A stretch of DNA of 64,000 nt from Octopus sinensis (lineage: Eukaryota), in assembly GCF_006345805.1 (NCBI RefSeq), contig NC_043010.1, positions 5,332,001 through 5,396,000 of the forward strand, in the 5' to 3' direction. Below, piece by piece: positions 14,777 through 27,578 of this stretch; the first letter of the stretch is position 1; each line of letters starts with the position of its first letter. The notes under the pieces were generated by a model. That model did not search any database, was not told the origin of the DNA, and worked only from the letters and a program-made list of their open reading frames with translations. The translations under genes were made by a program, and so were the position numbers.

Positions 14777-15637
14777 CAAACACACACACATGCTATAACA
14801 TTATGTGTTTGTGTGTATAAACAATGCAATTTCTATTAAAATGTTTTCATTTATATTTCCATATTTCTTCTTTATATTTTAAAACAAAATAAATAAAGAT
14901 GAGATAATGCAGTTGATGCCTCACAAAACAATATCATAAATACAAAAGACATTTCATAAACAAAAACAAAAACAAAACAAAACACAAAAAAAAAGCAACC
15001 AATAAAATAAGTCATATTTGAAACTTAATTTTAAGATGGGTTCACTGAGGTTAAATATATAATTTAAGGAGAGGCATAGATTGGGAGAAAGAACCCCTCA
15101 GAACAACTATTTTTAGTGGATTGTAATTATGCACCAATTAACACTTAATATTTTCAATACACAAAACATTGTGCAAAAAAAAAAAAATAAAAATGAAAAT
15201 ATTTTTGGATTTTTCCATTACATATATATCTATAAGTTTGCTTGTGTGTGTGTTTTTATGTGTGTGTTTATGTGTGTGTGTATGTCTGTGTGTGCATATA
15301 GATGTACGCATGTATATATATACTTATGTATATACACACATGTACATATATGTATTCATATATGTATATATATATATATACATATATATATGTATATATG
15401 TATACATATACATATATATATCTATCTATATATCTATATATCTATATATATATATACATGTGTATATATATATACATACATATATGTACACGTGTACATA
15501 CATGTATATGTATGCATGTGTGTACATACATATACATATACACACCCACATATGTATATAGATAGATGCATACATATATGTGTGTGTTGTGTGTGTGCAT
15601 GCATGTGTTTGTTTGTGTGTGTGTTTAGAAGTGTGTG

Positions 15638-15687
<50 letters not shown>

Positions 15688-15693
15688 TATATA

Positions 15694-15763
<70 letters not shown>

Positions 15764-15790
15764 CATAATATATATATATACATATATATA

Positions 15791-15844
<54 letters not shown>

Positions 15845-16653
15845 ATATATATATATATATATGCATACATATATTTAAAACCAATTGCTTCCTACTATTG
15901 CTACTCATACATCTCCATAAAAAATAAAAAATAGAGAGGAGAATGCTTTGATAGAAAAGCAGCTTGCCTATGGCCAAAACATATAAAAGCAGAGAAAAAA
16001 TACTACCACTACTACTACTAATAATAATAATAATCATTAAAATATAAAATAAATTCAATAAAATTGAAAGTAAGAAAATGAATTAACGTAACATGGAGTA
16101 CATGTATTTACTAAAGAAATTATGTTTAGTGAGAGATCTAAATGGGTTATTTAGAGTGCATTTTATTATCATTATGTCTTTATTCAGTTTTTCCTTTTTA
16201 TTTTTAATTTAAATGAAATTGGCCACAAAGCTTTATTAAGCAGTGCAGATGGTGACTATAACAAATCTATAACCGTTTCTTTTTTTCTTTTTTCTTTTTT
16301 TTTTGTTGTTGTTGTTGTTTAGAAATGTGTGACTGCTTATACTTGTATTCAGACATGTCCATGTATGCTTACATGAATATCTGTGTTTATTATTTAAATG
16401 TGCGTGCATTGTGCAAGTACATGTTCGTTTGTTTATGTACGTGTGCATGTGTATGTGTGTGTTTGTGTATGTATATATATATTATATATATATATATATA
16501 ATATATAATATATATATATGTATACATATATATGTGTGTGAATGTGTGTATGTATATATATATTATATAATATATATATATATATATATATGTATACATA
16601 TATATGTGTGTGAGTGTATATATATTTATATTTATATATATATATATGTCTGT

Positions 16654-16700
<47 letters not shown>

Positions 16701-17111
16701 AACACACACACTCATATACAGATGGAGTGAGAGAGAGAAAAGAGTGAAGGAAAGAGAGAGAGAAGGGGAGAGAGAAAGAGATGTATATATCACAACTATA
16801 CAGAAATTAAGTGCAACTGTTTGTTCAAGAAACGAAGTTGCTTGACAAAAGTGATATAAAAAGTTTCATAGATACTATTAAATACACTCTGTCATTACTA
16901 TATAGTGATATTTACTACATTATAACACTGAGTAAAAACTGTGCTCTCAGGCATTTTCATCTGGTTTATGTGAAATATACATACATGCATACATATATTA
17001 TCCTATCCTTTGATATATATATACATTATGACTTCGCTTAGCCATAGCGATATTAATACTAGTTGTTACATATGCTTTAAATTAAAGTGTTGGGTGAATA
17101 CAAAACATTAA

Positions 17112-17339
17112 TTAACCCTTTTGATACCAACCCGGCTGAAACTGCCTCTGGCTCTGTAGTACAAATGTTTTGTTTCCATAAGTTTTGAATTGAAATCTTC
17201 CACCAAACCTTAGTCACAATTAATGTTCCAAACACTAGCTTAATGATAACTGAATTAATTTACTAAATGCTTTGTTATATTTAAAATTAATTTAAAAAAA
17301 CAGAGTATCTCAAAATAATTATGGTAACAAATGGGTTAA
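17112..17339 (+). mobile_element. piggyBac-type MITE (TTAA target duplication)
   Basis: TTAA-CCCTTTTGATACC ... GGTAACAAATGGG-TTAA. An inverted copy lies at 22495-22723. Confidence 0.8.
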
Positions 17340-17414
17340 TGAATGAAAGGAGAACAAGAATCAAATAATTAGCTTCATTTATTTACAACTGTTTCTGAAT
17401 ATATATCCATGACA

Positions 17415-17855
17415 GTACAGATGGCGGGAGAGGTATGCAGTAATGTACATCTGGAAGATCCTGGAAGGAATTGTGCCAAATTTTGGCATTGAAAGCTACA
17501 CCAATGCCAGAACCAGTCGACACTGCACAGTGCCAAAGATCCCAGCAACGCCATTGTGCTTCAGGACCAGTTACTGCAACAGCCTTGGTTTCAGGGACCC
17601 GCAGCTTTTTAATATTCTCCCAAAAGAGCCTGAAAGACCTACACAAAGTGGATGTAGGTGTTTTCAAATCAAAACTGGACCTCTTCCTATTGAGGGTTCC
17701 AGGTGGCAAGAGGTGCAAATGAGAGTAGCAACATCAAACTCCACTCTTCACCAAGTGCCACATATTAGAGGAGGCTCTCAGTAATAACCGTGTAGCAAAA
17801 TGGCAGTGCCCCAGCATGGCCACAGCTCTGAACTGAAACTACAAAAAGAAAAAGA
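17415..17855 (+). mobile_element. CR1/L2-group LINE 3' end (ORF2 C-terminus and tail)
   Basis: RWRERYAVMYIWKILEG...PQLFNILPK (frameshift) ...VDVGVFKSKLDLFL, typical of CR1-group ORF2 ends, followed by a 3' tail. Confidence 0.8.
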
Positions 17856-17889
17856 TAAGGAAATGACACATTACTCCTCAGCTACAGAG

Positions 17890-18870
17890 TAATGGGTCAC
17901 TGATGAAGATTAATTAAATTTAACACCTGTGCTGATATGACTCCATCTTGCTTGTTGCAGGTAGGAAGCCTGTCTCCCTCATCAGTCATTAGAAAAGTGC
18001 TCTCTCATGGCTAAGAGTTGTTTTGACTCTTATTTCTAGCAATGCTGTTGCTTATTAGCATCCTCCATCACTTTAGTGACAACTAAACTTGTTGCTTTTT
18101 GGTTTTACATTGTGAATAGCCACCTTCATAATTTATAATTCTCACTTCACCGTTTTGGAAATCAGTCAATTGTAGGAAGCACTCCGTCAGTTACGACGAC
18201 AAGGGTTCCAGTTGATCCGATCAATGGAACAGCCTGCTCGTGAAATTAATGTGTAAGTGGCTGAGCACTCCACAGACACGTGTACCCTTAACGTAGTTCT
18301 CAGGGATATTCAGCGTGACACAGAGAGTGACAAGGCCGGCCCCTTGAAATACAGGTACAACAGAAACAGGAAGTAAGAGTGTGAGAAAGTTGTGGTGAAA
18401 GAGTACAGCAGGGATCACCACCATCCCCTGCCAGAGCCTCGTGGAGCTTTTAGGTGTTTTCGCTCAATAAACACTCACAACGCCCGGTCTGGGAATCGAA
18501 ACCGCGATCCTACAACCGCGAGTCCGCTGCCCTAACCACTGGGCCATTGCGCCTCCACATCAGTCAATGGTACTCCCTATAAGAATGACAGGGTGAGTTA
18601 GGTTCTTTAACGATGAATCAGTTAGTGATGAAGATTAATTAAATCTGAAATCAGTGCTGGTATGACTCTATCTCTCTTGTCATAGGAAGGGGGTGTGTCT
18701 CCCTTGTCAGTCATTAGAAAAGTGCTCTCACATGGCTAAGAGTTGTTTCAACTCTTATTTCTAGTAATAAGTATTTCTAGTAATGTTGGTGCTTACTAGC
18801 ACTCAGTTACTTTAGTGATGACTATACTTGTTGCCTTTTGTTTCTAAATTGCAAATAGCCGCCTTGATAG
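17890..18870 (+). repeat. Two-unit tandem repeat (~327 bp period once the SINE is removed), each unit with a degenerate hammerhead; retrozyme- or pseudo-LTR-like
   Basis: Units at about 17890-18130 and 18615-18870 align clearly. Hammerhead cores start at 17900 (CTGATGA) and 18625 (GTGATGA). Confidence 0.7.
18171..18558 (-). mobile_element. Full-length young tRNA-derived SINE with TSD
   Basis: Minus-strand head GTGGAGGCGCAATGGCCCAGTGGTTAGGGCAGCGGACTC...GGTTTCGATTCCC (A and B boxes). TSD ATCAGTCAAT at 18161-18170 and 18559-18568. Confidence 0.9.
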
Positions 18871-18879
18871 TGTATATGT

Positions 18880-19110
18880 ATTTCTTTACTGCCCACAAGG
18901 GGCTAGACATAGAGGGCACAAACAAGGACAGACAAGGGGATTAAGTCGATTACATCGACCCCAGTGCGAAACTGGCACTTTATTTATTGACCCCGAAATG
19001 ATGAAAGGCAAAGTCGACCTCGGCAGAATTTGAACTCAGAATGTAACGACAGACGAAATACCGCTAAGCATTTTGCCTGGCGGCTTACGTTTCTGCCAGC
19101 TCGCCGCCTT
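18880..19110 (-). mobile_element. SINE family B, full length
   Basis: Reverse complement of GGCGGCGAGCTGGCAGAA...GCCTTTCATC...GCCCCTTGTGGGCAGTAAAGAAATA. Confidence 0.85.
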
Positions 19111-19680
19111 CGAATAGTGTATATATATATATATATATATATAAATACACATACACACATATGTATGTGTGTGTGTGTATATATTTGTTGGTGTTGGAGG
19201 GCTATATTGATTTATGAATACTTTTCTAATTTATGATGGCAATGGTGTGATTTTGTGATTTGCAGGAAATTTAGATGGAACTATGACAAAGTCTTTCTTC
19301 ACTGGCTTCAAGAAAATTCGTTGTTGTTAACCCCAAATATTAGACAGTCTTTATCTTGTCTATGAGATTAAATGACACTGTCCCTTACATTCTTTATCTA
19401 AAACAGTATAGTGTGATTTGATAGAAATTTAGCTGCTCTTTCCTGCAGATCAAATGAACATACAAAGAATATTTGCTGAACAACACAGCAATAAATGAAA
19501 TAGTACTTTCATCTGTCAGACAATTTTTTTCTCTCTTGCTGTGAAACATCGTATTTTATTCCTTCAGAGATGTGCTTAGTTTAAGAGACAGTGTAAAGTA
19601 TGAGTTACTTCTGTTTCACTACCTCAGAGAGGTGATTGGTATAATGGGCAGTGTGAGGCATGGAATACTTAGCGAAGGTG

Positions 19681-19895
19681 TATGAAGGGGTGCTGACTTT
19701 AAAGTTCCTGACTTTAATGGTATCACAAAAAACCTGTGAGGAGGCCCAACCTTCTGAGTTCTTTTGCAGGGCTTAGAAAAACCGAAGGACTTCTGCAATA
19801 AGTGTGTAAATTTGAGAGGGGAATATGTTGAATAAAATCATAATTAACTGATCCTCCAATATTTTCTTTTACCCAAAGCCAAGAAATTTTCAGTG
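19681..19895 (+). mobile_element. Mariner-derived MITE
   Basis: Degenerate TIRs. Retains the transposase end GLEK...CNKCVNLRGEYVE*. Confidence 0.7.
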
Positions 19896-20149
19896 ATAGC
19901 ATACCAGGGTCTGATATAGATATCTGCAACCAGGGATGTAACTAGAATGTGTGCTACCTGGGATAGCCTATGAATTTTCTGTCCCCACCTCAGGCCCTCA
20001 AATCTATACACACTTATATAACAGCCTAATTAGTGTCAGTCCCATAAAAGCATTGCCTGGGATGGAGAACCACTTCCTCTACCCCAGTTACATTATTAGC
20101 TGTTACCATGGGTTTCACAAACTCTTCAAAGTTGGTAAAATTGACCCCA

Positions 20150-20810
20150 TTAATATTTCTCTTAAGTTGTTGCTAAACAACAGCTGGAAAAAAAAAACAC
20201 ACTTGTAAAGAAAGAGCTCCAGAGGGATAAAGTTCTAAGGGAGAAGAATTTGGCATAGGGGTTAGAGCAGGACCTGGGAGAACACAATGTGAGTGATGAG
20301 AAAAGAAAAGTTAAGTTAGCAAAGTTACCCATTCAAGTCATACTGATTCATAAGGGCTGGTTTCCTGGTTTCATGGCACATATTTTCCCTACCTGCACTG
20401 GACACCAGTCCTTGCAGGATTACTCATTTTTACCAGCTGAGTGGACTGGAGCAATGTGAAATGAAGAGTTTTGCTCAAGTACTCAATGTGTTGCCTGGTC
20501 CAGGAATCAAAGCCATAACCTTACAATCACGAGTTCAACACCCTACCCACAAAAACCACGTGCCTCCACAGCCAAGGACTGAGGCCTCTATAGTATCACA
20601 AGGAAAGGCAGAATGAGAGAGAGAATGTTTACAGGTCAGTTGTTGATGCATGTATGTTGACCAGCAACTTCATGCCAATCGGTTGGGTATTCTTTTGGCG
20701 GGGTGGAATGTGGTCTTGGATGTCTATGTGTGTTACCACTGCACCAATCTGGATGTGGAAGTGGTACTCCAAATTAGGTTACAACTTGGTTTTATGTAGA
20801 GGGTTGGTAG
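20150..20810 (-). mobile_element. Decayed LINE (CR1/L2/Jockey group) C-terminal fragment interrupted by a SINE (~20330-20570)
   Basis: Frameshifted remnants resembling LYK.QV.P.LEY.SHIW.GA and YS..FFPRT..LWNSL. Confidence 0.5.
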
Positions 20811-21638
20811 TTGTGGACTGAAGTATTTTCTGGCTCTCTGAAGAGGAAAGCCAGTTGTTATGATGCAGTTTTTGTTATGTCGAGTATATACATTTGTAGA
20901 CAAATTTGTAGCTGTTGTTTATTTCAGTATCAGACCTGGCCAAGCAGAAGCAAACCTATGATCAAAGGACACTCCAGTCATGCCCATCACATCTTCTTTG
21001 TTTTCAGACACAATGTATCTACCAAGATCACATCATATTACGTGTCCTTTTCTAATATGTTGTAGGATGTTATTTGAGGGAGATCTGGTTTCTATTTCAA
21101 GTAGGTCAAGCAGCCTTCTAGGGGCTTCCTTATTGGCTCAGTAGTCAATGTAGGAAAAAAGTTTGTCTTTTGTAGATGTTTGATCAAAATAATACCTCAC
21201 TAAATTTATGCTAACTTGATTTCTTTTTCATTTCCATCAAGGTTGACTCAATATTTTTGCCTGCTCACCTGCTGTGGTCAAGTGGCCTTCAACCTTCTGG
21301 GGTTGGTAAAATAAAACACCAGAGAAGCACTGGGACCAATTTAGTATTCTTATAAACCATCCTAGATGCAAATGGAATTACATATATCAATAACTAACAT
21401 TAACTATGTTTTACATCCTTCTATAGTCGATTAAATTTTAAAATATTTCAAATTGATTAAATTGACCATACATTCCCCTGAAATTTGTGCCCTTGTATCA
21501 ATGTTAGAAATCAATATTTTGTTCCTAAACACTATTATCCAAAAGAAACATGAACCTGTTCATCGTATCTTATGCGTAAATACCAACATCTATGTGACTG
21601 TATGTGTTGTATGTAAGCTTATATAAAATTATAAGAAA

Positions 21639-22025
21639 CTAGCAGTATCACCCGGCGTTGCTCGGGTTTGTAAGGGAACTAACTATATAAGCATTTTTAG
21701 AGAGTTATAGCCAAAAAATAGCAAAAAAATGGGGAAAAAATGATGGTAAATTTTTTTTTAAATCGTTGACTCATCGTAGACATTTTTAGGGAGTTACTTC
21801 CCTTATATAATAACGAAAAAATGCATTAAAATGGAAAAGAATGATGGTAAATTTTTTTTTTAATCGTAGACTCATCGTAGACACGCGCTAATACCCAGAA
21901 GGGCTCGATATGAATCACGACTATAAGATACCCAGTTTTGGTTAAACTGCACTGCAAAATGTGGGAGTAGTTAGGAATCTAAATCGTAGGAGACAGACAC
22001 ACAACTTCACTTTTATATATAAAGA
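21639..22025 (-). mobile_element. Non-autonomous Helitron
   Basis: Minus strand starts TC(TTTATATATAAAAG) and ends with hairpin CCCGAGCAACGCCGGG then CTAG. It lies between A and T with no TSD and has an internal ~100 bp tandem repeat. Confidence 0.85.
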
Positions 22026-22026
22026 T

Positions 22027-22394
22027 ATCACTACTTCAACATGGCTGTTCTGTATGAACTGATGTTACTACCATTTTTTTAACCCCAAGAGAACGCCTTC
22101 TCTAGCTTGTTATTGATGGAATCTGCACCCAATATGTTTTTGCAAGTAGGGGAGCAAACCCCTACCATCTTCTAGCAAGCAGGTGTCCACCACTGAGGAC
22201 GAGCAAAAAGAGCTCGAAACCAACTGATCTGGTGGTTCTATCCAGTCGCTAGAAGGTGGTAGGGGTTCACTCCCCTGCTTGCAAAATATGTCAGGTGCAG
22301 ATTGCACTGATAACCCACTCAAGGGGTCCTCTTGGGGTTTAGAAAATAGTAGGAATGTCGGTTCAAACGGAATAACTATGTTGAAGTGGCGACA
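22027..22394. mobile_element. Fold-back (palindromic) element with ~150 bp arms and a central hammerhead
   Basis: Left arm 22027-22176 is the imperfect reverse complement of right arm 22248-22394, e.g. TTGCAAGTAGGGGAGCAAACCCCTACCATCTTCTAGC / GCTAGAAGGTGGTAGGGGTTCACTCCCCTGCTTGCAA. Confidence 0.85.
22187..22235 (+). ncRNA. Type-I hammerhead ribozyme motif
   Basis: CCACCA-CTGAGGA-C-GAGC(AAAAAGA)GCTC-GAAA-CCAACTGA-TC-TGGTGG. Perfect 6-bp stem I, 4-bp stem II, one extra base after A9, one stem III mismatch, AUC site. Confidence 0.7.
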
Positions 22395-22444
22395 AAAATT
22401 ACTTCTTTATATAAAATCTCTTTTCCACCAATCATTAACATTGG

Positions 22445-22880
22445 TTTCAGATTTTGGCACAAGGCCAGCTATTTCAGGGAAGAAGCTAAGTTAATTAACC
22501 CTTTTGTTACTGTACTTATTTTGAGATGCTCTGTGTTTCTTTCAATTACTTTAAATATAATAAAGAATTTAGTAAAATAACTTAGTTATGATTCAGCTAG
22601 TTTTAGGAACATAAATTGTGATTAAGGTTTGGTGGAAGATTATAATTCAAAACTTATGAAAACAAAACATTTGTACTAAAGAGCCAGAGGTGGTTTCAGC
22701 AGGGTTGGTAATGAAAGGGTCAAACTAACCCCAGTGCTTAACTGGTACTTATTTTATTGACCTCCTAAGGAGGAAAGACGAAGTCAACCTGCCAGTATTT
22801 GAACCCAGAACACAAAGATGAACAAAATGCTGCTAATCATTTTTCCCAGCAGGCTAACAATTCTGCTAACACACCACCTT
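22445..22880 (-). mobile_element. SINE family B interrupted by a piggyBac-type MITE (22495-22723)
   Basis: SINE halves flank a TTAA-CCCTTTTG...AAAGGG MITE that is the reverse complement of 17112-17339. Confidence 0.7.
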
Positions 22881-24884
22881 TAAAAAATGTGGCCAGTAAG
22901 TCACTGGAGAGGGTCAAACTCCATACCTCTTAAGCTCCAGTTAAGAGCTCTATTCCATTAAGCCAAGTGACCCATGACCACTAATTATTAATATCAAGTA
23001 TGTTTATAAAGCTTTTGATGTGTACCTGTTTTTATTTGCAGACTTTGTATGACACTTGACCCTTTTTTATCATGTTTCTAATGAAATACATTAATCCATG
23101 GAACATTTTTTTTTCAATATTCATGAGGTTGGAGAGATTTAGTAAAAAATTTTTACTATATTGATAGCATATAGGATGCACTTTTTTCAAATATCATTCC
23201 AGATTCTATATGTGAATTTTGGACTCCTATAAGCTGTAATGCATTAAAAACATTTTTGCCTGAATATATGAAGCTGAAAGTGGTGCACACCTCATTTATA
23301 CCATCAAATGTAGTAGCTTTCGCATTACTAAACTCACATTACTACATAGAAAATTAATGGAATAGAATGTTTTAACTATTATGCAATATGAACACCACAC
23401 ACTAATTACATACAGTACTAGTCTTCTGCAAAGACTCCCCCAAACCTCAGATCTCATGGCAGATAGACCACTTAAGAGAAGAACTTCTCAAATTCATGAG
23501 ACACTGTATCATTACTCGCAACAACAACAAGAAGATCAATAGTCTGAAGCGGATGATTGTGCTCCAGTTGGTAGGAGAGAAACCAAGGGTCTAGAGTGGG
23601 TTGAACAATGATGAAGAGGTTTAGACTGATATATATATACTTTAAAACTTTGTATCACAGATAAAGGGTTAGTATCAGATGACTTGCTATCAAACGTATT
23701 AAAGTTGCAAAGCTGTAGATATAATCAGTTAACTTTAGATAGTTGTCATCATCATCATCATTGTCACTATTTTAATGTCTACATTTCCTTGCTTGTATGG
23801 GCCAGGAAAAACTTGTTGAATTAGATTTTTCTATAACCAGATGCTCTTCCTATTGCCAACCTTTACCTGTACCCAACTAAAGCAATATCTCCCTTAATCT
23901 TTTGAAAACAAACAGCTCAATGATTGGACATGTTTTTGTGGAAGATTGTATTCAAATGATACTGTATGAAAGTGACCTTTGTTTGAAATTAGTGTATTAG
24001 TGTATTAGTCAGTCAAACCGTCCAACCCATGCCAGCATGGAAAATGGACGTTAAACGATGATAATGATGATGATGATGATATATATGAAGGGCTTCCTTC
24101 AGGTGCTATATTCCAAATCCACTCACAAGGCTTTGGGTAGTCTGAAGCAGAAATAGAAGAAATTTTCTCAAGGTCTGACACGAAGGGATTGAACTTTAAA
24201 TTATGAAGTTGAAAAGTAAGCTTCTCAGTCTCAGTCAAGTCTGCACACAAACACAAATCTATTTCATAAAGAAATAAATATATATCAAAACACACACACG
24301 CACAGAATTATATATATAAATCTAAATGTCACTAATTTCGCTTTTGTTAGCAAATTTTTAAGAAGTTGTCATTCAACCAATTACATTGCAAAAGATATGT
24401 GTGATTTTTAACTCCACTGAACTCCCTGAGGTCCACAGCTGGCTAAGTTATAAGTAAATCAGTTTACAGCAAAAGGGACAGTTATTCATCTTCTATTACT
24501 GTAGAGTAATTAGAGACAAGACACAGTGCTTTGGTGAAATATTGTTTGCTGCTGTAAGTTAGAGGGTGATATTTTGCAAATTGATCAGATAGCTTTTGGT
24601 CTTTTTAAAGCAATCTAAAATATTCGTGAGTCTGTGTGCATAGTAGGAGCTCTGACCCAGATATCTGAATACATTTGTGTCTTAAACAACTTTGGGATGC
24701 AGTTTTTGGATGTCATTGATTTGTGAGGCAGAGGCTGGGAATTTCCAAAGGTTAAGGCTCCTTTGGTTGTAGGTTGTTCCACAAGTAAGGACAGTAAAAT
24801 AAATTGATTGCTAACCTTGTAACTGATTGAGTACTAGATATGTGCAATGACCAGGCTTTCATATCTCATGTGAAACATGTGGTA

Positions 24885-25190
24885 AAGGTGCATGGCTTAG
24901 TGGTTAGGGTATTTAGTGCATGATCGTAAAGTCATGAGTTCAATTTTCAGTGGTGCATTGTGTCTTTGAGGAAGATTCTTATTTCATATTGCTCCAGTCC
25001 ATTCACTGTAAAAATGAGTAGTATCAGTAATACCTTGTCACAGTCTCACTGAATCTCCCTAAGAACTACATTAAGGGTATGTGTGTCTGTGGAGTGCTCA
25101 GCCACTTGCATGTTAGTTTCATGAGGAGGCTGTTTCATGGATTAGATTAATTAGAACCCTCATTGTAGTAACCGATGGAGTGCCAGTGAA
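24885..25190 (+). mobile_element. Decayed tRNA-derived SINE
   Basis: Head GGTGCATGGCTTAGTGGTTAGG...GAGTTCAATT. The 3' part is shared with the SINE at 18171-18558. Confidence 0.7.
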
Positions 25191-25648
25191 ACATGTTTTT
25201 AAGATTTCTATTCATAATTATTAGGTATAAAAATCCAAAGACCCAGTTTTCACAAGCACTAAATGTATATGAATGAACAGAACATGTCTTTAGATTTGTC
25301 AAAAACCAAGTTTTGGAGAGTCAATAGAATGAAAGTAATACTCTTGCGATTCTTTTTACCAACACTTTAAGTTACAGTAGGGTGTGGAAGGGCAAACCCA
25401 GGAAAATATGATTTGGTAAAGTAAAATAATATGACTAGATACTTTAAAGCAATTATTTTAGTGCTGAAATGGTTATATCGGTTTAGTTCTATCAGTTGCC
25501 ACACTTATCAGATTTCTATTCTTTTTGATAAGAGTAACCCATAACCTTTCATCATCTTGAATTTACAAGCTGTTGACAATAGTCCATTGATTAATCACTT
25601 AGACAAACAGACAGAGATACATATACACAAACACAAATATACACAAAC

Positions 25649-25720
<72 letters not shown>

Positions 25721-25722
<2 letters not shown>

Positions 25723-26010
25723 TCATCATCATCATCATCGTTTAACGTCCGTTCTCCATGCTAGCATGGGTTGGACGGTTCGACCGGGGATCTGGAAAGC
25801 CAGAAGGCTGCACCAGGCTCCAGTCTTATCTGGCAGTGTTTCTACAGCTGGATGCCCTTCCTAACGCCAACCACTCCGTGAGTGTAGTGGGTGCTTTTTA
25901 CGTGCCACCTGCACAGGTGCCAGGCGAGGCTGGCAATGGCCACGGTCGGATTGGTGTATTTTATGTGCCACCTGCACGGAAGCCAAACGAGGGGGTGCTG
26001 GCATTGGCCA
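25721..26010 (-). mobile_element. SINE family C with (GAT)n tail
   Basis: Reverse complement of GCACGTAAAAAGCACCCACTACACTC...CCAACCCATGCTAGCATGGAGAACGGACGTTAAACGATGATGAT. Other copies at 30482, 31727 and 39572. Confidence 0.85.
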
Positions 26011-26054
26011 CATATATGTATATGTATATGTATATGTATATATATATATATATA

Positions 26055-26087
<33 letters not shown>

Positions 26088-26122
26088 ATATATATATATA
26101 TGTATATATATGTATGTATATA

Positions 26123-26156
<34 letters not shown>

Positions 26157-27578
26157 CCATCTATCTGTCTGTCAATCTATTTATTTTTCTATCTATTTGT
26201 GTGGTGTGTGTTGTGTGTGTATATCATGTATATGTGTGTGTAGATTTATTATTTATGTATGTGTGTATGTATGTATGTATGTATGTATGTATGTATGTAT
26301 GTATGTATGTATGTATATGTTGTATTAGATATTTGCTGTAGGGAATAAATCAGTAAGACACTACTGCCTAATATAATCATTTTGCTAAAGTTTATTTTAT
26401 TTTTATCTTGCCTGTCACCACTATACATTTCATGGCTCCGTATTAATAGAGACAAAATTTAAAAAATTAACTCTTTCTCGCTCTGCTGTCTCTCTTGCTA
26501 ATGTTGACAGCAATTAAACTCATTAGACTGGAACTTATGCTAGCCAGTTTCTGTAAATAAGCACAGGACTCTTCAGCCCTGGATTGGGTGCCAGTCAGTT
26601 GCTGGTACTCCTTTTCAGCTGAATGGATGAGGACAACATGAAATGAAGTGAATTCCTCTAAGAAACAAAATGCTGCCTAGTATGGGAATCAAGCTCGCAA
26701 TCTTATGTTTGCGAGCTCAACACTCTAACCACAGGGCCATGTACTTTCACTAGTAACAAATGCTAATATATTTTTATATCTATTCTTATATGACTTGGTC
26801 AGAGAAGGTAAAAACTGTGCTTTTGACCCTTTTCAGAAACTCTAACACTAGTGGGGGGAAAGGAGAAAGTTATATTCAGACTGGAGACTTGGCCCAAATG
26901 CTTCCAACAAAAGGGACCCTGCTAAATGCATCCATGGGCCAAGTAGTGGTCTTCATTTTAGTGGTTGATAAAATCTATTACCGTTTTCTACTGACTTTAC
27001 CAACATACTAAACTGTTGAATTATTGATTGAATGCTTGACTTTTCATATTCAATCATTAATATTTCATTATATCATTTTTGTATTTGGTTTGCCAGATTC
27101 TTAATGTGAACCCCTATGTTGAAACATATTTTGTTCTACATTGGTAGAGTCATTATGCCAATTATAAACACATGCACTGGTTCTGTTTCACTTCTTTATA
27201 ATTTATTTGTCAATAAGATACCTATTTAACTAATTATCTAACAGAATGTTTGATTAATCATTTGGATAAATCGCAAACTAATTGACAAATGAATAAAAAG
27301 AAAGTGCAATAGAACTTGTATATACATTTATTACAGGAACAATGACTTCCTGAGATGCAACAAAATCCTTTATTATATTTTGGGAAAAAACTCTCTCAGT
27401 GAAGTGATTAATCCGACTGCCCCATCCTACATGTAAACATGTAAATATGTACATGTATGAGTTACAATTCGCAATTTTAGCCAATGGGAATACTTCAAAA
27501 CTACAATGTACTTTCAGTGTCAGCACTGTGCTCAAATGGTCACATAAACAATATCTTTGTCAGACTAGTATCAAAGAG

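Noticed and set aside
18480-18558. tRNA-like sequence with A and B boxes
   Set aside because: It is the head of a TSD-flanked SINE, not a stand-alone tRNA gene.
24480-24820. Possible Penelope RT-linker remnant (IALKRPKAI; TTYNQ)
   Set aside because: Too degraded to support by eye.
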